From Gemmatimonadota bacterium (GTDB taxonomy: Bacteria > Gemmatimonadota > Gemmatimonadetes > Gemmatimonadales > GWC2-71-9): DNA of 64,000 nucleotides. The position numbers and the translations under genes were made by a program. Positions 59,573 to 64,000 of the stretch are shown in pieces (position 1 is the first letter of the stretch; each line of letters opens with the position of its first letter). Location: contig JAZDCZ010000247.1 in NCBI GenBank assembly GCA_036679605.1, forward strand, positions 1 through 64,000. The letters run 5' to 3'. The notes under the pieces were generated by a model. That model ran no database searches. It saw nothing but the letters and a program-made list of their open reading frames with translations, and was not told where the DNA came from.

Positions 59573-59899
59573 TCAATCGGCCTTGGGACCTCCAGAGGCA
59601 CCCAGGCCCCCAACGTGCAGTACGAAGTCGGAAAACCACACAGGGAAGCGTCCGGTAGCCGCGCGGTAGAGCTGGTGCAGTCCGACGCTCAGGAGGCCGA
59701 TTGCTACGGCCAGTGACACGACTCGGCCGAGTGGTACGAGGGGCCCACGGCCGAGGCTCCAACTCCCGAGTGCTACGAGGGGCCCGCTGCCAAGGCTCCA
59801 ACCCAAAACCCCGGCTCCGAACAGGGTCAGCACGATGCCCAGCAGTGCAAGAATCCCTCGATTCAACCAATGGCCAATGTGCGATGTCGGTCGTGTCAC
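59573..59899 (-). CDS. Small membrane protein
   Basis: Purine-rich RBS, two hydrophobic helices, internal 13-aa duplication. Confidence 0.5.
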   Translation of the reverse strand: MTRPTSHIGHWLNRGILALLGIVLTLFGAGVLGWSLGSGPLVALGSWSLGRGPLVPLGRVVSLAVAIGLLSVGLHQLYRAATGRFPVWFSDFVLHVGGLGASGGPKAD

Positions 59900-60117
59900 G
59901 ATTCGTCCCCTTCCTTCTGGGAAAGTATAGTTCCTACATCACTGTCGGACTAGTTGGAAAGGCGAAGATCGGGCCGGCTCGCCGCAGTCCCTTCGTTTTT
60001 CGCAACCTCGTCACGTTCGGGATTGCGATCGGCTCACACACACGATCCTCGGGCCTCGTTCCGGAGTGCGAGCTGCTCGAGCAGCTCCTGGGTCCTCTTT
60101 TCGCTTCGGACGGATGT

Positions 60118-60732
60118 TCAAATCAATCGTGCTCCTCCCCAGTCCGAGCAACTCAATCGGCGCAGATAAACCCAGAGGGGAGGAAGATCGCGCGCCAGCT
60201 GGCGGGGATAGAGCTGCCCAATTCCGGCATACCCATCGGGAACCGCCGCCAGAAACGCCACAACACTACCCACCGGGCTGTTCCAACTTACTGCAATGGA
60301 GTCGCCAGCCAGATCGTGTGGCTGATCGAGCCGGTCGAAAACAAGCCTATCCGCTGGCGTCCGCCACCATCGCCTCAGTCTATTGTCCCAGTTAGCCCAA
60401 AGCTGCCCTTGAAATTTCCAGTCCTTCGGCAGTCTCACTACCCGGACGTTTGAAAGATTCGATACTGAGTCGAGACGGATCGCCGGTGGCAGCTTGGGCA
60501 AGCCTGTCACCTGCGCCGTCCTGTCAGTCCAATGCAGAACTTGAATTGTGTAGCAGTCAAATGCCGCCGGTCGCGGCGCCGGCCCAGGATAGGAACATGC
60601 CTGAGCGGAGATCACAATGCAGAGCATCACAGTTGCGACTGGCGACTTCTCGTTAGAGTTGGACCGCCCGTCCAAAATGAACTTACGGCGGTTTGACACC
60701 GGAGATTTCATAGGCATTACACTGCGCCCCAC
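60118..60732 (-). CDS. Hypothetical lipoprotein (start uncertain)
   Basis: Hydrophobic stretch ending in SAQAC, then a protein-like body. Confidence 0.45.
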   Translation of the reverse strand: MGRSVMPMKSPVSNRRKFILDGRSNSNEKSPVATVMLCIVISAQACSYPGPAPRPAAFDCYTIQVLHWTDRTAQVTGLPKLPPAIRLDSVSNLSNVRVVRLPKDWKFQGQLWANWDNRLRRWWRTPADRLVFDRLDQPHDLAGDSIAVSWNSPVGSVVAFLAAVPDGYAGIGQLYPRQLARDLPPLWVYLRRLSCSDWGGARLI

Positions 60733-60734
60733 GA

Positions 60735-61148
60735 TCAGTTGGGCAGCGGGATGTCCAGGTCAGCGTTCCGACATACCGGACCGCATCTCGGTCCATTTGG
60801 CCGGAACTCGCGGTATTCGAGCTGTACTATTTCCACAAATACGGTGTCGCTGGCGGTGGTAACACGGACACTCACTGCTTCTGGGATAAAGCTGGGAAAG
60901 AAAATCTTCGCACAGTCTGCGGGATCTTCGCAATCGCGAACAAACGATACAGGATGCCCTAGGGGTGAGACCTCAACTCGAAAGGGGCCTGTAGGCAACG
61001 GCGTAACCTGCACCGTTACACCGCTGTTGCACCCGGCCAAAGTGCAGAGCATTCCGGTCGAGTCGCCGCAGCCGACCTCCCCGAATACGGAGCCGGCCAA
61101 CACTGCAAATGCGGCCATTGCTGGCGCAGATCGACACCTGCGGAACAT
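60735..61148 (-). CDS. Hypothetical Cys-rich lipoprotein
   Basis: 'VGCGDS...CTLAGC...FRPNGPRCGPVC'. Confidence 0.6.
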   Translation of the reverse strand: MFRRCRSAPAMAAFAVLAGSVFGEVGCGDSTGMLCTLAGCNSGVTVQVTPLPTGPFRVEVSPLGHPVSFVRDCEDPADCAKIFFPSFIPEAVSVRVTTASDTVFVEIVQLEYREFRPNGPRCGPVCRNADLDIPLPN

Positions 61149-61195
61149 TGGAGCGAATGGGGAAACGGGACGCAAAAAAACCCGTAACATCGGTA

Positions 61196-61630
61196 TTACT
61201 GAACTTCCAACGTACGCTGTAACACCACCGTGCGACTCTGGGTAGCACTCTCGAACGCGTGAACGACGCGCATCTCATACGTGCCAGCAAGCAGACCTCG
61301 CAAAGTGACTTGATAACGGTAGGGGATCGGAATTGTGATACCCCCCGAAACTTCGGTCGCCACGACCGTCACTTCATAAGTCCGCCCTGATTGACCAAAC
61401 TCGGCACGCAGCTCGTAGCCGCCTTGCGGTGTGGTGAGTGTTCCAGTCACCTCCACTAATCCCACTCCCGCTGACATCGTCACATCAGACACCGGCGACC
61501 CGAAAGCGATCTCCGTGACGAACTCAACGTCTACGGACTCAGGATCTACAGAAGTGACTCGATCGACACAGGCCGCCATTAGAATCACGGCAGCGCAACC
61601 AGACATGTACCGAATTGCTCGATAGCTCAT
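61196..61630 (-). CDS. Hypothetical lipoprotein (beta-sandwich-like)
   Basis: Lipobox LMAAC; 'Y...L.GL.AGTY...V.H' pattern. Confidence 0.65.
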   Translation of the reverse strand: MSYRAIRYMSGCAAVILMAACVDRVTSVDPESVDVEFVTEIAFGSPVSDVTMSAGVGLVEVTGTLTTPQGGYELRAEFGQSGRTYEVTVVATEVSGGITIPIPYRYQVTLRGLLAGTYEMRVVHAFESATQSRTVVLQRTLEVQ

Positions 61631-62105
61631 GATGTGTCCTATAGGGGGTACAATATGCTACCCGGTTCGGCATCCGAGGTGCCGCTGCCTACCTAGTGCT
61701 ACGCGACTTCCCGCAACGGGTTCGCATCCTACGAGAAACCGCGTAGCGAACTGTGCTGTTATGGGTGCCCCTTGGCGGTTTGATCTGTCTAGTACTTTAG
61801 TCCCTATTGCACGGTCGGACTAGTAGCATAGTAGCCGCACAATGCCTCATTTCTCTAAGGTGCCACAAAGCCCGCGGATGTTACGCAGGACGCCATTCCC
61901 GCTGCCGTCGATTTCATAGCCGTAACGTTTTCCACGCTCATGGCACCTACAGAGATAAAGGGGGAACTTGAATCGCTGGGCCGATGCCTGTTCTTGGGCT
62001 CCTGTGCATTGGCAGCAACGGTGCCGACAACTTCGCTGCAGTGACCGCGTCAGTCCCCACAAGACCTCCGGGGCACGCGGCACAGCATAGGGGGTAGTAT
62101 TAGAC

Positions 62106-62555
62106 ATGCGTCGTCTAATACCAGCGGTTGCTGTCTTTTCGTTCATCGCCACGTCGTGCGGTGGTCCAGACCTCGTCGAGCGACGAGGCTCCATCATGGA
62201 TCGGGATGGCGTGGTCGTGCTGGAGTTACCAGCGGAATTCCAGGTCAATCAACCAGGCACCGTGGCGGTAACCACATTCGGGAACAGCTGTATCAGCTTT
62301 GCGCGCACCCAAGTCACCGTACAGGGCCTGATCGCCACCGTCGAACCGTATGACTTTGACGATCGCTTGAGACAAGACCTAACCGGTCTGGTGGTTTGCA
62401 ATGACAATCGAATGCTGGTCCGACATCCTGCGGAGCTGGTCTTCGCCACAACCGGGGAAGCCGCGATCCAGTTCACAGGGTTGCACGAATGGGTGGACAG
62501 CGTTGGCCAACACGATTCAGTCATTACGGTCGAGCGGCGAGTCCCGGTGCGCTAA
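62106..62555 (+). CDS. Hypothetical lipoprotein
   Basis: Lipobox IATSC; 'V.V.TFG..C....T.V...G..A.V.PYD' pattern. Confidence 0.65.
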   Translation: MRRLIPAVAVFSFIATSCGGPDLVERRGSIMDRDGVVVLELPAEFQVNQPGTVAVTTFGNSCISFARTQVTVQGLIATVEPYDFDDRLRQDLTGLVVCNDNRMLVRHPAELVFATTGEAAIQFTGLHEWVDSVGQHDSVITVERRVPVR

Positions 62556-62655
62556 CCGCTACGTCGTCTTCGCCTCGGCGATCTAGCAATGGCCCGCTTT
62601 CAGCTTCAGAGCCTCGGGCCTACGCGATTTCGGTAACCTTTTGACCCAAACGCGC

Positions 62656-62808
62656 GGTGTCCGGAGCGGGATGGGTTACTGCGGCGCAGCCACGCTGGAC
62701 GAACTACGGTGCAATACCGAGTTCGTGCAGGTGACGCCGGCCGGACAGCGCGAGTCTCACCCGCACGACGTCGTGATCACGCGCGAGTCTCCCAACTACA
62801 GTTTGTAG
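62656..62808 (+). pseudogene. guaB: 3' fragment of IMP dehydrogenase
   Basis: Hand translation GVRSGMGYCGAATLDELRCNTEFVQVTPAGQRESHPHDVVITRESPNYSL*, the characteristic GuaB C-terminus. Confidence 0.9.
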
Positions 62809-62823
62809 GTTTCCCGATCAGGC

Positions 62824-63018
62824 TTAGTGTAGCCTGTGCTCTTCTTTTAGACGCCGGTGCAGTTCGGCGTTCTCGATCCACGGTTTGCGCTCGAAGTAGC
62901 TCTTGCTCATCTCGGCCACCTTCGGCGACAGAATTATGAGCGCCAAGAGATTCGGCAGGATCACTATACCCAAGAACACGTCGCCCATGTCCCAAATGAC
63001 CGACAGTGCGAGTAGAAT
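62824..63018 (-). pseudogene. 3' fragment of an alanine/glycine:cation symporter (AGCS)
   Basis: 'VIWDMGDVFLGIVILPNLLALIILSPKV......YF' matches the last AGCS TM helix. Confidence 0.8.
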
Positions 63019-63479
63019 ATTACAGCAGTGCAACGTTCTGACCGCTGCGGTCAATTCATTGCAGAACTGCAATATTATTGTAGCCTGCCGCAGGGGACCT
63101 TAATGCGAATTTCACCGGGCGTTCATGCACCGTGTTCGATATTAGGCACAGTCCTCAGCCGCCAGCTCACGCGAATTCGCGTATAACCTTTTGACTCGAA
63201 TCGAGCAGCTAGTACGTGAGGGAATCGCTGAGCCGCCGTCTCAAGGTAAACCCCAAGCCTGATGCCGCGTTCTTGCTATCGCGTGTCGGGTTTTGGGTCT
63301 TGTGTAGGGTGACGATCCTTAGCAGATGTGCCTAGGTCAGTTGCAGTGCAGGAGATCTTGGCGTTGCCCATGGCGGAGCGCCAAAGGGTGGGAAGCTTGA
63401 TGACGTAGGATGTCCGGTCTAGGTAGCGTGGCTTCCTTGCGAAGTCGCTTCGATATCTTCTGAATGAAGGGTTGTCATC

Positions 63480-64000
63480 ATGCGTCAGAAATGCCCAATA
63501 AAGCCTCGTTTTATGCAAGCACTCGGCGTCGTCGTTGCTGTCGGTTTCATGGTCGCGTGCGGTGAGTTCACCGGTAGTTCTCCGGAGGGACCGTCGTTGG
63601 CCCAGCAGGCTGCGGACGTCGAAGTTGCCCTCAGCCAAGAGGGGGACTACGATGCCTGGTTGTTGCAGGTGGCGAAACGGGTCCCGGGGTTCGCCGGTGT
63701 TTACCTCGATGGTGATGGAAACCTAGAAATCGCCTTGACTGACTTGTCACGGGAATCGTTAGCGAGACAAGCGATAGCTCCCCTTCGCGCCGATCGTCCA
63801 GGAATCGGAGACGGGAGAGCTGTATTGGTGGAGTTCAACTTCGAGGAGCTGGCCACGTGGCGTGACCGCGTCGTGGGTGGCATTGACAACCTCGACGGTC
63901 TAGTATTTTTAGATGTCAACGAGGGATTGAATCGACTCGTACTGGGAGTCACAACGCCGGAGAAGGGTCTGAGTATCACGCGAGAGCTAGCTTCCCTTGG
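63480..64000 (+). CDS. Lipoprotein with probable S1 protease pro-domain, runs off the window
   Basis: Open frame from ATG 63480 to the end; lipobox FMVAC; 'VPGFAGVYLD...FNFEELATW...LDVNEGLNRLVLGV'. Confidence 0.65.
   Translation, partial: MRQKCPIKPRFMQALGVVVAVGFMVACGEFTGSSPEGPSLAQQAADVEVALSQEGDYDAWLLQVAKRVPGFAGVYLDGDGNLEIALTDLSRESLARQAIAPLRADRPGIGDGRAVLVEFNFEELATWRDRVVGGIDNLDGLVFLDVNEGLNRLVLGVTTPEKGLSITRELASL

Noticed and set aside
61641..62096. ATAGGGGGTA repeated at 61641 and 62087
   Set aside because: Only 10 bp and no further similarity; could be chance.
60118..62560. attC sites between the right-hand lipoprotein genes
   Set aside because: An isolated GCCCAAC and a GCTAAC occur at gene ends, but no matching GTTRRRY arm or pairing was found.

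Overview
A bacterial chromosomal window of mostly housekeeping and scavenging genes: many secreted peptidases and hydrolases, the glyoxylate shunt aceBA, dut, udk, a ferredoxin and an IorAB-type molybdoenzyme. Gene content and signal-peptide style suggest a Gemmatimonadota-like heterotroph, but that is an impression, not a database result. Two accessory tracts interrupt the backbone. The first (~6.0-17.1 kb) is a decaying defence-island-like region with an HhH-type protein, two tandem NucS-like PD-(D/E)xK nucleases, a DUF6946-like nuclease, an AlbA/RecG-like protein between two hsdR 5' stubs, hipBA, many gene fragments, heptamer tracts and attC-like remnants. The second (~58.2-64 kb) is a cluster of small orphan lipoproteins with a 70-bp direct repeat, a HEPN-motif protein and captured 3' tails of guaB and an alanine/glycine symporter. 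The strongest candidate for an undescribed system is at 29.9-35.0 kb: a membrane pseudo-kinase/receiver gene, then a DUF4956 membrane protein gene abutting a PPK1 polyphosphate kinase fused to degenerate CYTH-like and Nudix-like domains. Also notable are a ~140-nt rod-like candidate ncRNA (23602-23741) and a consensus sigma54 promoter upstream of aceBA. No rRNA, tRNA, CRISPR array or intact integrase/transposase was seen. All family calls come from motif recognition by eye; no searches were run.
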